A DNA stretch of 61,129 nt, the filler included, from Sphacelaria rigidula (taxonomy: Eukaryota): the NCBI GenBank assembly GCA_964200075.2. It is 9 parts of 9 records of this genome, joined end to end, with 100 filler letters (N's around TTAATTAATTAA, not from the genome) between each part and the next. Parts side by side here need not be neighbours in the genome. Positions count along the whole stretch, not along the records: positions 34,018 to 40,720 come from CAXNAA020018512.1; positions 40,821 to 47,523 come from CAXNAA020018513.1; 7 more parts are not named here. One strand, 5' to 3'. Under the pieces are notes generated by a model. That model saw nothing but the letters and a program-made list of their open reading frames with translations. It made no database searches and was not told the origin of the DNA. Below, one piece after another: positions 35,201 to 47,511 of the stretch (position 1 is the stretch's first letter; every line of letters begins with the position of its first letter). Made by a program: the position numbers and the translations under genes.

Positions 35201-36619
35201 TTAGTTAAGTTTACGTTGATCATCCATCTCTCCCATGTCACCCACAAAAGCTTCGATGTTTTTACATCTGACCCAAGCCCACTTGACCCCACCGCCACCC
35301 ATATCAACAAGCTGCATCTCGGTACTGAAGCCATGAAGCGCTCGGTTCCCTTTCTTAGTCTTGAATTCAGCAACCTCGAATCCCTTGATGGTATCCCTCA
35401 GCTGCTCATAAGCGAACCCGTCCACTGGGATAGGATTAACCTGTAGGCAGACACATCCCAGACCAAACGCAACAGTCGGAATATAGCTGCGGGCGGAATG
35501 TGTGCTACTGTGAAGCAGAGCAATCACATGTTGCCACCCAGAGGAACAAGACAGGGATGCAACGAGCAGAGGCTGGTGTATAACCCCCACTCCAAATAAA
35601 AAACACCATGGGAACTCGCACCTCTCTGTCCACCCGTGCACAATACTCTAGCGCAAACGTCAGCACAGAGCTTCATGACCTCACGTGGGAGCCCGGGTAT
35701 GCGTACACCGTGGAGACAGGCAGACCATGTTTCAAGGAATATTTGAACTCGCAAAAACTGCTATCCGTCTGGGAGGTTGTAGCACAGTTAACATAAGGTG
35801 TCAACTTTGAGGTACACGTCAAAATCAATACCTCCTCACCGTTCGAGCGGGATCCAACTGGGTCAGCTGCTCTGCATTACCTTCACCACTCAGCCCTTCT
35901 AGCGCGCTGCTCTTTACTTCCTCCGCCACGGTACTCGCCCCCTCTTCGACAATTTTGGATACCACACCTCCCAATGTTTCTCCAAAGGCAGCATCAATTT
36001 GGTCAGCAGGAACAGCCAAACCAGTGCACACCTTGAACGCAATGCTCCCGAGGGCCAATCCCAACTTAGCTGCCACCCTTGCTTTCTTCACCCAGGCCAA
36101 CAGCTCCTTCACCTCGTATCCCTGCCCTCCCGGGCCACACTCCACCAGGCTCATGTCATGGGCGCAGAGTAGAAACAGTCTCAAATTTCTGCTGAAAATT
36201 CTCTTGCCGATCACCCTGCCACTGTGGCACCAGCTCTGCAATCGAGCAGACCAGCTCGAATAACTTCTGTCGTCCTCAGAGAGAGCGCCTTCATGTGCCG
36301 GGAGGAGACACGCCAAGCGTGGCACCGGCCAACGCAAACAGGCGATGTCGAACGCTATGTTCCGCAGCATACTCCTTTCCGAGTCACCAAGACCATCACT
36401 TGTTAATCCGTCGATCTTCGCCCCGACGATTTTCAACAAGGCGTCCACGCTTGTCTCCAGTCGCTGGTTGGAATCTCTTTCCATGTCCAGACGTAGCTCG
36501 TGCAATCTTCCCGCGAGATTAGCATCGATCCGATTGAGTAGCGCCGATTCCGACTTCCTTTCGTTCGTCTCCGGCAGCCCCCAAGCGGCCATCATCTTGT
36601 CCAGTACCCTCTCCAAGTT
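35201..36619 (-). CDS. C-terminal two exons of a ROCO-family (LRR-ROC-COR GTPase)-like protein
   Basis: Exons 36619-35840 and 35440-35201, with a phase-0 GT-AG junction and a CTAAC branch site upstream. Motifs PVPRLACLLP, LRLFLLCAHDMSLVECGPGGQGYEV, WVKK...TGL, GFAYEQL and KWAWV resemble the post-COR tail of brown-algal ROCO proteins (recognised by eye). The ROC and LRR exons are not in this contig. Confidence 0.72.
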
Positions 36620-37414
36620 CTGTGCGATGCAAAGCATCATGCGAAACCGGCGGCAGAAAGGTTAGTGTTTCAGTGACATGGGTTCTGAGCCTGACAAGGT
36701 TTCCAGATGAGCCAAAACGTAAACCGTGACAGGCCCGGGATCGCACAAGGCAGAGCAGGCACTGGAGGCGAACCCTCGAGGAAAGAAGAGTCTGACGCGG
36801 GTCGGCATACTGCGCGATCGTTGTTTTCAATAAACCAAAATGAATGTATTCAATATGCACATGGAAACAGAATGGCTGAGGGGTCACGTGCCTCTCGGAT
36901 GCTGTTTCAGTGCGCATTTCGCTCACACACGTGAGTTAACAGGTTTTAATCGTTTCTATAGATTGCGCTGTGTCCAGGGCGCTTCCAATTTCATTTTTTT
37001 TCGGTGTTTGTGACGTTGCGGTCTTGGATTGCGGCGGTGAAACCGGAGTGGCCTCGGCTAAGCCCTTCTTAGAAGTAGCTCTATAATAAAATGCAAGTCT
37101 GCCGCACGCAACCGGAGTACGATGATGTGTCGTTGAACGGAAGCGTCACGTTGTATCAAAGCATAAATCGTTTTCGTGTCATCGCCGTCGCTCTACATTC
37201 GCGAGGGCCCGCAGCAAGCCGACGCTGAGACGCGAGCCGTTCCCCGAAGAATTTCCGCTAGGTCGCCCCCAACTAGTCCTAGCCACTACCATTCCTGTTT
37301 TCAAGTACATGTACAAACGTTGTTTCCAGGTATGCCATATACGATAACTTGCAAACTGCTGTTTCACGGGCAGACAGGAGACAGCGTCAAGCATCAAGCA
37401 GCTGCACGCTGGGC

Positions 37415-38755
37415 CAAGGGGCCCCATATCGGGAACTGACGGCTCCACTACCCCACCAGGTCGCCCAAACCTCATTCTGGTGCCGTAGGAAGGGAGGGGA
37501 GGGACCCTGGGTACCCATTTCGAGGAGGGGGGGTAGCCCCCTGATCCATGGATGCTGGCGATAGTAGTTGCTGTGTGTGTGCGCATCGGTCTTAGAACAC
37601 ATATTCATGTACATTAAATGTGCTGCTTGTTGCTGTGTTCGACATTGCTTACACTGCGTACCAACCGCAGCATAACGCGTTCGGCGGTACTACCTGCTCA
37701 CTGCAAAACGGCAGGGTGCAGGTGACGAAGCACACCACAGGACGTGATATCCTTAGACTATCCCTGCCCTGCATTGATTTCGCGCTGTCCTATGCAGTTC
37801 GCCACATCATGGACCAAGCTGCTTGTACCTGCGGCCAACTTATACGCGGGATATCACGCCTCGCTAAGCGATATATATAGCTAAGTCACATTTTGTAAAG
37901 CTGTCCGTGTTGCAGCTACAGCGTGCGTTTGCCCCAGGTGGCGCACGCAGGAGTGAAAGGCCGCCTCCGCCGCTGTAATGGCTGCCTGTATCTTGGGCGA
38001 AGCTGTATGGTAACAGCCGCTATAGCGCGAAAGCCGCCTGTAGCATTCCACATCGTGGAGATTTTGACACACTGTTGTCTCAAAGTGTAGCGTTGCAGTC
38101 ACCGACTTCAGGTACGAATATTACACAAATTACAGTCGGTAATATATTTTATACTGTGCAAAAATATCGACCTAACGGTCTACGATAGGAAGGGACTGCT
38201 GAACTCCTCTCGCGATTAAAACGAAAGGCAAGCACCACAGAAGGAAGGTGGAGAACAAAACCGAACAGAAGAGAAAAAACTCCAGTGTTGGCCTTCCTCC
38301 TCTGTGACCCCGGCTGGTGCGCCCACATATATCGAAAGGTGGAAACCGGCGTCCAGAATAGACGGGGCGACAACACACACAACGCACTGTGGGCAGTACA
38401 CTTTTAACATCGTGTCCGTACTGCCTGTAGAAATCTTTGTTCAGGGTCTGGTACATTTCCACTTATAAGGCAGGGTCTGGTACATTTCCACATGTGTGTC
38501 ATGATACTCAGTGAGATCGTGAAAACATCCACAAAATCTGGGCGAACTGGTGAGGTAATCGCCGAAATATTCACCAGCAAACTCTGCTGCAGTGCACTGT
38601 AAGAGATGCCACTAGAAGGACATTACCACACCGACCCTGCCGGCTTCAAGACTGTCAGGACGTAGGATCCGTCAGTATTGCTACTGTCTGTACGGGGATG
38701 TTGTCCCGTTGTTCGGAACGAAGGGGAGGGTCCGGGGCAGAACGCAGTGGCCGCG
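37415..38755 (+). repeat. Unclassified interspersed repeat, copy 2, bounded by a 21-bp direct repeat
   Basis: Similar to 18525-19440. TCAAGCAGCTGCACGCTGGGC occurs at 37394-37414 and 38756-38776. Confidence 0.8.
38159..38385 (-). mobile_element. Short retroposon / LINE 3'-end-like repeat, copy 2, nested insertion
   Basis: TSD ACTGTG at 38153-38158 and 38386-38391. The empty site is visible in the paralogue at ~19100. Confidence 0.8.
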
Positions 38756-39936
38756 TCAAGCAGCTGCACGCTGGGCATTCTCACTCAGGACTTCGATTTG
38801 GGGGATGATACTACGTAGGCAGTAGCAACTGCTGTGTGTCCAAGTGAACCTTGGAACAAGGAGCGTTCGGTTTCTGTTTTGTCAAACAGTTCCCCTAAAC
38901 AAATGAAATAAATAGGGTTTTGAAGTGGAAAAATATAGCAGAACACGAGTCGCAAAAATCGAGTCGCACAACACCGGTTAGTCTAATTTTTACCTGCAGC
39001 AGAAACCAAATTCATAAAGTGAAATAGGAACCCTGGCAAGCGATAAGGCTAGACACATTGTCCAAGTACGAGCAATATGCCTTAAGCCTGGTTCGCGACT
39101 GTAGAAATAGAGCTCAATGATGGATCACGTGTGTTATTCGTTAAATGCTGCTGGACACCACTGCAGTCACTGTCGCGTATTGTCACTCATGCTATGATTT
39201 TGAAGTACTGTGTACAAGTGGATCGAAACAATTGAACCAGCAGTAGGAGCACCATATAGACAAGGGTTCCGGGAATACGTTTTAACATGATGGTGTCATG
39301 TAGGACATGTTGACGGGGCAGCTCAAACCTGTTGAAGTTTCAGACAGGCGTGCGTTTGGATATGACAACACATCGGTAAGCACCTATACCTCAGCTGTAC
39401 AGCTCCCAAGTCGGCGCACCAGCTTGCGGTATGCCCACATAGCCCTAATACTGATTCGCCTCCTAGAAAAATATATCATCCCTAGTCAGAACAGGTCGAG
39501 TAAAGAAAACAGCCGTATTGATAAGTCACCTTTCCTCATGCCATGACTTTACTTCATACAAGAACACTTGGTATACCGTGAGAGTGGCATGCGCATCCTT
39601 GGATCAAAGCAATTCAGCGCTTGTCGATGTCTACTGCACCACCCATGGCTTTGATTTCCAGCTTCTCAGTGAATATTCAGGTGCTCAGAATGCTAACAAC
39701 GTGGCAGAGCGATAATCATGTTCCATCCGAATCCATTGCAGATACCACAGCAACGAGATTGTCATCGTGTTCGTGGCCGAAAATGCCGTGTGTGCCGTGC
39801 GAGTGCTGCCGACAACAGATGAATGCAAGTTGGCGTCTAGTTCTCCAGCGCGCTTTCCCGTTCCAAACCATACATTACAGCAACGCCACAGCATTTTTTC
39901 TCCGCATATCGGGGCCATCTCTTCAAATGATACCTG

Positions 39937-40145
39937 TGTAATGCGTGAGAGGACCGCGTGCTTAGAGGACCGAATCGGGATTGAACAGCCCTATGGTTAG
40001 GGCTAGCGTTAGGGTTGCTGTTTGGGTCAGGGTCAGGGGCGTGGTCCCTGCAGGGACTGGCCCGATTGGTTTTGGAAACGTCGATTATGAGGTGTTTCGA
40101 ACTACGATGCGGTCCCCTAAGCACGCGGTCCTCTCACGCATTACA
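39937..40145. mobile_element. TGT..ACA MITE (Ginger-like) with internal degenerate TTAGGG repeats, copy 1
   Basis: ~36-bp TIR TGTAATGCGTGAGAGGACCGCGTGCTTAGAGGACCG and 4-bp TSD CCTG. Followed by a 100-bp tandem duplication (40101-40200 / 40201-40300). Confidence 0.8.
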
Positions 40146-41810
40146 CCTGGCCCACCTCCGGGGATATTACATCCGTCTCTCCCGAAACGTTCGAGACTCA
40201 ACTACGATGCGGTCCCCTGAGTACGCGGTCCTCTCACGCATTACACCTGGCCCACCTCCGGGGATATTACATCCGTCTCTCCCGAAACTTTCGAGACTCA
40301 AGCCCAACCCGACGGTAAGAGCGACTACCTGAAGCGCAAATTGTCAGCGTGATCAAAATCTAAGCCTGCTTCTTGTTGGGTGTGTTCATTTGATTTCAAC
40401 AGCCGAAACCTTGAACATTCGACGGCGTCTTCGACCTTAAATCAGTGAATGCTGCCACATGTTCGGATACTATGGCATCACCAATACATGGCCTAAGTGA
40501 TACTATGGCATCACCAATACATAACCCAAGTGATACTGTGGCGTCATTCAATAGAACTTGCAAGTCGTCGGATGGCGCAAGCTACAAGTACCGAAAAGGC
40601 AGTATTTGTGCACTATTCGCGCTGTTTTGACTCCCTTCATGACTGCGAAAAACACCCATTTTCATTTCATTCTTTCCAGGAGCCATGCTACGATGGGGGG
40701 GGTGGGGGGGTGGGGGGGGGNNNNNNNNNNNNNNNNNNNNNNNNNNNNNNNNNNNNNNNNNNNNTTAATTAATTAANNNNNNNNNNNNNNNNNNNNNNNN
40801 NNNNNNNNNNNNNNNNNNNNGGGACACGTGATCTACTTCTGTTTCCCTGCCTCAAGTATCAGACCATTGACGCGTGCTCGACAAGATGGTGTGTTTGTTT
40901 TCACAAGATCGGTTGTCGATGGCCGAGAGCTCGCTGGTAAGTTGTCCCCCATTTCAACGGTCTCCGAGAGGACAGGGTGCGGGGAAGATACGGGTTCGAT
41001 AGTCGGTTCCCCGAGACTATTGACTCGTCCCGAGTAAGGGGAGGAGTTGGCAGCCAAACAAGACACGTACAGTATTTCATGTCTCGGATAAGACACACGG
41101 TGAACGTACGAGTCAAGACCTTGGATTCTCGAGCGAAATGAATCGTAGGAGTAGTTGTCTCAACAGCGGGACGGGATGCTACTGGGAACGTTCACTTCTG
41201 CGGTGCCCGACAAGAAGTAAGAAAAAAAGGGGGAAAAAATGGGGCTACAAAACCGGGACGGGTCGGGGGGGGAGCACAGAACATAAGGTTGATCAAAACA
41301 GGTATACTTTGCTTCAACAGAGATTAGTGTCTTGGGGGAACCTCTACTCTCACCGCATGCGCCTCCGCCCTGATATGCTGAACCTTAACCGTGACCCAAT
41401 CTCCAGCCCCAACCCGAGGCAGCTCGAGAACCCTCGGGTAGAGAGGGGTGATGGGCGAAGTGTGCGTTGGCAGAGCTCAAATCGGCGTCGCTGGCTCCTC
41501 GATTGGATTAAAAACTCTTGGTCCTTACCCTGGGGAGCATTTAGGATTGTCACCCCCCCAACCCCCAAAGATTCGAATCTTTTCAGTTGATTGATTCATG
41601 GATCTGATTGATTCGATTGTTTGGTTGTCGCACACGAATTTATCCCCGAGAAGGATCCAGCCCCGGTCACGAAGAATTCGGTATCTATCACTAGACTTGA
41701 ACCGAGTACGTGTTTTTCCAATCGTGGGTTTCCGACGAGAACCTCGTGCAGAGTGTAACGGCACCGTACCCCCCATCCGCCCTTTTTTGTTGTTGTCGGG
41801 GGCGGCTCAG

Positions 41811-42357
41811 GCCATCGGCGTAGTCTTTCGTCTCAGTCCCAAGCCGGAGGCTCTCGCTGCTGCCGTGGTGCGTCGCATGGCTACCGATACACTGGCTTCC
41901 GATGAGGCATCGCCGCTGGCACTGGCAAGGTTGTGCTTCGTCCTGGGACATGTAGGGCTCAAGCTGCTCGTGTATTCCGAGGTGTGTGTATGTGCGAGAA
42001 AAATGGAGACGGAGACAGAGACAGAGAGACAGGGTATGTCTTGGTCTTCAGGGGCTTTGCGTCTTTATATGTATCCCAAGGTAGAACACGCGAAGTGGAC
42101 CAGTCACGACGTAGCGTGAGCTGAGTAGGTGGAAATATGACGTACCTCCGATACAGTACTGCGGGTACTATAACAACTGGTAGGGTGGCAAGAATAGTCG
42201 AAAAGTTACTACCCAGGCACGGGTGTCACTCAGGGGGTGGTCTACTACGTGCGGTTTTTATACGTTGTCTTCTACGGTATCCAATAGGGTACCTAAAATA
42301 ATTATCCGTATACGTATCCGTACCCGTATCGTACTCCAACCACCGGTGAACATGGAC

Positions 42358-42388
<31 letters not shown>

Positions 42389-44660
42389 TATATCTTGACT
42401 ATGGCGCGCTGTTCGACCGAATGGTACTCCCCAGGAAATTGCGTCGAATCTGGCGCGCGCCAGGGCTAAAACGAAGCCACCGCCGAAGGAAAAGAAAGAC
42501 AGCGCCGACACCGATGATGATGCTACCGCTCAGGAGCTTGGTCTTAATGCAGAGGTACGCGTGTTTTTTTTTTTGTGTGTGTGTGTGTGTGTTTAATATG
42601 TGTGCGCGTGTTTTCAGGTTCATTTCACTTTATCGCGGTGTCAGTATATACCTTTTAGATGTCCATTTTTCATCGCTGGTTCCAATCACCATTTTTTGGA
42701 CTCGTGTGAACTGTTTTGGCTCACCAGTCAACTGGTTGCAAAAAATTACAACCAGTTACAGCTATCAGTTGAAACTGGATGACTGGCGGCGAAGCCGCCC
42801 TGCGACTCCGCTAACGTTGCCTGGCAAGGCAGCGCAGAGGAGTCGCGTAAACGGTTTCCCCGGCTGGTAAGGGGGCTCTGCCAGAAGCAAGAAGATTACG
42901 CCATTCGGCGTCACATCTCTTCGAAATCGCTGTGAATTCTAGCCACCTAGCGCCAGCAATTCGAGCGCGTAACCCGTGCACAAAATATGCATGTATGGGG
43001 GAAAAGGAAATACCACTGAACTTTGCGACGTAAGTAAAAAAACGAAGCGGTGAGACAGAAGCGCGGAATACATGGCGTTCCGCGGGTACCACCGAAGCGC
43101 CAGGAACTACTAGTAGCACGACAACTTGGTAACGGTATTGAGTGTGACTTTATTAGCAAGGAAAATTTAACAGAAATCTCGACTCTTGCGCATGGTTCGG
43201 TACCACATTGACCAGCCATCACTGAACGCTTAACGCCTAACGCCTAACGCCTAACGCTTAACGCTTGATGCAGACAGAAAAAAGCGAAGCACACACAACA
43301 ACGCTGCGAAACGCAGTCCTGCTTCACATCTCAGATCCGCTCATTCAACAACTTTCCGTGCCTTTTCTCTATTTTTATTTATTTATTCGAGAACGTATTG
43401 TCTGCAATATTCGTGTCTACGTCTAGATGTGTGCACTGTGCGGTCATGTACTCGCCTCTGTAACAGCGTCCCCACGATCATTGTAGTGCAGTGCTTGAAA
43501 AATATTGACTTGAGTATGACGTATATCTATACAGAGAGAACACTTTAATGTTTGACACATATGTCGGGTGAAACAACAAACTGGTTCAACTGGATACGAA
43601 ACCGATCAGTTCACCAGTTTTACCAGTTAACTGTAACTGGTCAGTTGAACTGGCAGCCAGTTGATAACTCTACCAATTTCACGATTTCTGAGGCCTGATC
43701 GCTCGATAAAAAGAAGAAAGTTGACCGTCGGTCGGAAAAGTTTGTAGGAGCATCCTGCGCTATTCCACGTGCCTGGTGTGGGCAAACCTGGTTGAGGTGC
43801 AACGCTGACAGCAAATCCCAAAGATTGAATTGATTCGTACGATAAGAATCAATGACTCTAAAAATCAGGTAATTTTAATTTTCGGACGAATCCTTATTTG
43901 TGCGACCCATGAAGCGTTTTGTGAGTGCACTTTGGCTGTCTCATTTTATTTATATGTGCGCTGTAGTGTAGTTCGCTTGACCGTCTTTCCCGTGCCGGAT
44001 GCAGGCTGTAGCGGTGTACGTACAGCCCAAGGATTGATTCATACGATATGAATCTACGACACTAGAAGCCGGGTAATTTTCAGACGAATCATTGTTCGTC
44101 TGACTCTTTGCCCTCTCGCTAAGTCATCTCATTGATGGGTGCACTGTAGTTCGCTTAGCTGCTTTTTCCGTTCCGGGTGCAGACTGTAGTGTTGTGTGCC
44201 TTTGTCTACGCCGTCGTGCTCCACTCATGCCGGGTTATTTGATCTCCGCGACGCCGATGGCTTTGCCACAATCACCGCTTTGTCGTCACGTGCGTGCGCG
44301 GAAGCGAAACGGCGGTGTATTGGCCGAGCCATGTGACCCTGTGAAACCATCTACACCGGCATTACTATACGTGATTGTAGGCAATGCTTGAAAGGACGAC
44401 GCAGACGAGAAAGGACACTTCCAATTTTTGTGTGATGCGCGTGCCAACCGCCAACCGATCATGATTTTTTTTCTTTTTCTTGTCTTGATGTGTTCGTTTC
44501 GTTGTTTTTTCCTTCTCCCTTTTTATTCTTCTCTTGATTTCTAAAGGAGACGGCTGAAGACGAGGCGAAGGTGGCGGAGTTGGTGGAGAAAGAGATTGTC
44601 GGGCGCAACCTACTCGGAGCATTCGGACCATTGCTGGTGATAGCATTATATACGAAGCAT

Positions 44661-44692
<32 letters not shown>

Positions 44693-45641
44693 GCTGCTGT
44701 TCTTTTTCTCCTTCCTCTCCTTCTTACTATTATTGATGCACATGAGCCCAATCTCTCAAACCCGTGGTCACAGACGCAAGCTCGCTTTTCCAGTACCATC
44801 ATATATATATATATATATATATTTCTCTCTTCTCTCTTTTTTTTTCCCCCGTGTACACGTGTACACGTGTGTTTTGAACAAAAAGGTCCGCATTGTGGCC
44901 GATGAAGGAGGGATGTTCGGACACCCGCTTATCAGGCAGTCCTCCGTGCTCGCCCTGAGCAAGTTCATGTGCATCAGCGGCGATTTCTGTGAGCGCAACC
45001 TCAGCCTCCTGTTTACTGCCCTCGAGCGCGCAACCGACACGGCGGTGAGCGAGGCATTAGTGGGTGCGTACAGTCGGGCGCTCGCGCTCCTCGACACCGC
45101 CCGCAGACGAGGAAATAATCCATCTGCCGCTTGATGCATCAGACAGTACGGAGAAAACGATCGGTATACGAGGAGATGGTGGCCGCAGACGGCGAAACAA
45201 GAAGGGAATAAGATATGTCAAAGGTTTTGTGTGCTTTATGGAAGAAACGAAATGAGCGCCGGAATGGAGGTGTCTCTATCGGGAGAAGGAACGGTGCTCC
45301 GTCTCGAAAGGGATGCGCGGTCAATGATCAAACGACTAAGGCAAGCAAAAAATTCGTACGCCCCCCCCCCGTCCCCCTGCCGCTTCCCCCCCTCTCCCCG
45401 TTTTGCTCATGTATCTTTTTCATGCGGCGCGAAAAATCCTAATGAATTTGACGGGTGGGAAACAAAAAAAAACAGGTTCGTACGAACATCGTGGTGGCAC
45501 TTGGAGATCTTGCTTTTAGATTCCCAAACGCCCTTGAGCCGTGGAACGCGAGGATGTACGGCCGCCTTCGGGACAGATGCCCCCGTGTGCGCGCCAACGC
45601 TATAATGGTTCTCACCCACCTCATCTTGAACGATATGGTCA

Positions 45642-45688
<47 letters not shown>

Positions 45689-46047
45689 TTTTTTGTTGGT
45701 ATTAACGTGGAGAGCACGGTTTTGGAGTTTCTCGAGTGCCGTAATGACGATCCCCAAAACAGTTTCCACGACAGGTCATGCCCCACGGCCGGCAGCTTGC
45801 GTGCTATCTGGTATCCTGCGGGAGTTTTACTGTCTCTGGGGTCATCTCTGGGGTCATCTCTTGGGCTGTTAGGATGTGTGTGTTCCTCACTAGCCTGTGC
45901 GTGCTGTGTATAATAAAAACGTCTGAAAACATGTCATATTTTTGGTTGCAGGTGAAGGGGAAGGTCAGCGAGCTGGCGGTGTGCATGGTCGATCCCGAGG
46001 CTAGGATTCAAGACGCTGCTAGGGTGTTCTTCCACAAGTACGCCGAG
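41811..46047 (+). CDS. NCAPD2: Condensin complex subunit 1 (CAP-D2/Cnd1), six internal exons
   Basis: GT-AG exons 41811-41981, 42435-42554, 44547-44636, 44886-45044, 45476-45643 and 45952-46047, all phase 0. They encode LARLCFVLGHVGLKLLVYSE, LALSKFMCISGDFCERNLSLLFT, VRTNIVVALGDLAFRFPN and MVLTHLILNDMVKVKG, characteristic of the Cnd1 HEAT region. Confidence 0.95.
42702..43684. mobile_element. ~1-kb non-autonomous element in a CAP-D2 intron
   Basis: Inverted ends rich in AACTGG/CCAGTT motifs (42702-42790 vs 43575-43684). Internal (TAACGCC)n at 43226-43265. Confidence 0.55.
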
Positions 46048-46327
46048 GTAAAGAATGGCCATACGCACACAGCGGTAGATTGGACCTATTATACAGTAGA
46101 TCATGACGATGGTAAGTGTGGGAGAGTGTATTTTTCGCGGGTGCAGCTATTTCCAGGGCTGAGAAAGCTGGTCCAGTACATGCCCACTGGCAGTGAGTAC
46201 AACTGGTACTGACAGTACTTTCCTATTTATGTACGTCCCACCATAACGCCTCATTATTCAAAGGAAACGTATCAAACTATTTGCGCCGCAAGTGAAGCCG
46301 AATCGCATTTTTGTGCTCCATTATAAT

Positions 46328-46742
46328 CAGGGGTATACACGTTGAACGTGACACATCCGAACAAACGTAACTTCGGGCCATTCAACGCTACGTGAGGTTT
46401 GAATTTTTGGATGGGACACATGTACCGTAACGTGATGTAACGTGTGGTCCTTCGAAGGAACCCTTACGTAGCGCTTTACTTCCAAATGTGACCAAAACTC
46501 TGCTTGTTTTCGTGAATTTGTAATGTGTCACGTGTTACGTTAAAAAATCATGAAGAGGAAACAGCCTTTTTTTTCACCTCTGGAAAATGCTAAGACACAC
46601 TTTTTCCAGGTCCACACGTTACATCACGTTATGTTGCATTTGTCCCGCTCAAAAGATCAAACCTTACGTAGCGTTAAATGGGCCAAAGAGACGTTTTCCG
46701 TTTTTTTTCAAATGTGTCACGTGTGCAACGTGTATACTCCCG
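46328..46742. mobile_element. MITE related to 17856-18093
   Basis: TIR CAGGGGTATACACGTTG / CAACGTGTATACTCCCG, with mirrored internal ACGT motifs. Confidence 0.75.
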
Positions 46743-47463
46743 ATCATCAAATTATAATGAAGCCAAATTGCGCGAAAATTCGCCCCCCGCCGGGGCTTTG
46801 CCGCGGATACGGTACCGTCAGAGACCTATCGGTTTTTTAATCTTATAGGAGTTATTATGAAGGGGCAGTACAATATCCGAATAACGGATGAAAACCTACA
46901 TCAGATATGCTTTTAGGCTGAGACACTAGGGTACCCGGCATGAGGCCACTACTTGCACACACGCGAGCGAGCGCGCGCTACGTACGTTGATGCTAGGAAC
47001 ATGCCTCAATATTTTACGCAGTACGTTTTCCCGTACTGCAACTATTGTACCACCTATTATCCTATATGTGAAAAATGTCAAGCCGGCTCCCGCTGTATCT
47101 CTCTGATAGAGTTGAAACGAAGAAAATATATGAAATATATAAATATTACTTACGAGTATACGTACGGTTTCAGATTCGCAACCACTCCTGCCAAAACAAC
47201 ATGCAAAAAGAAAGAAAATATATTTTGTTTCATTTCATTCTGTTTTCTTTACTTGGTATTTAGCTCGGCGGCGGCTGCGAGAGGAAGATACGAGCTACCA
47301 TAAAAAACCCCTGGAAATGCGAAAATTGAATGTTTATTGTAGAGACCACAACGGGAGAGCATCGACGGGTCACAATAATATGTACTTGTGTTTCATTCTG
47401 TCGAGCCCATATTGTTCCTCTTGAGGACTCACACGCTTGGTCGCCCGTTCCCCTCCGTTCCCC

Positions 47464-47511
<48 letters not shown>

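Noticed and set aside
36640..36665. Mutated splice acceptor (CGG for CAG) suggesting a ROCO pseudogene
   Set aside because: A canonical CACAG acceptor lies ~40 nt downstream of the CTAAC branch site (exon start 36619) and keeps the frame.
40466..40553. Three 33-bp-period repeats (GATACTATGGCATCACCAATACAT) as a mini-CRISPR
   Set aside because: The intervening 9 bp are too short and similar to each other; an ordinary minisatellite.
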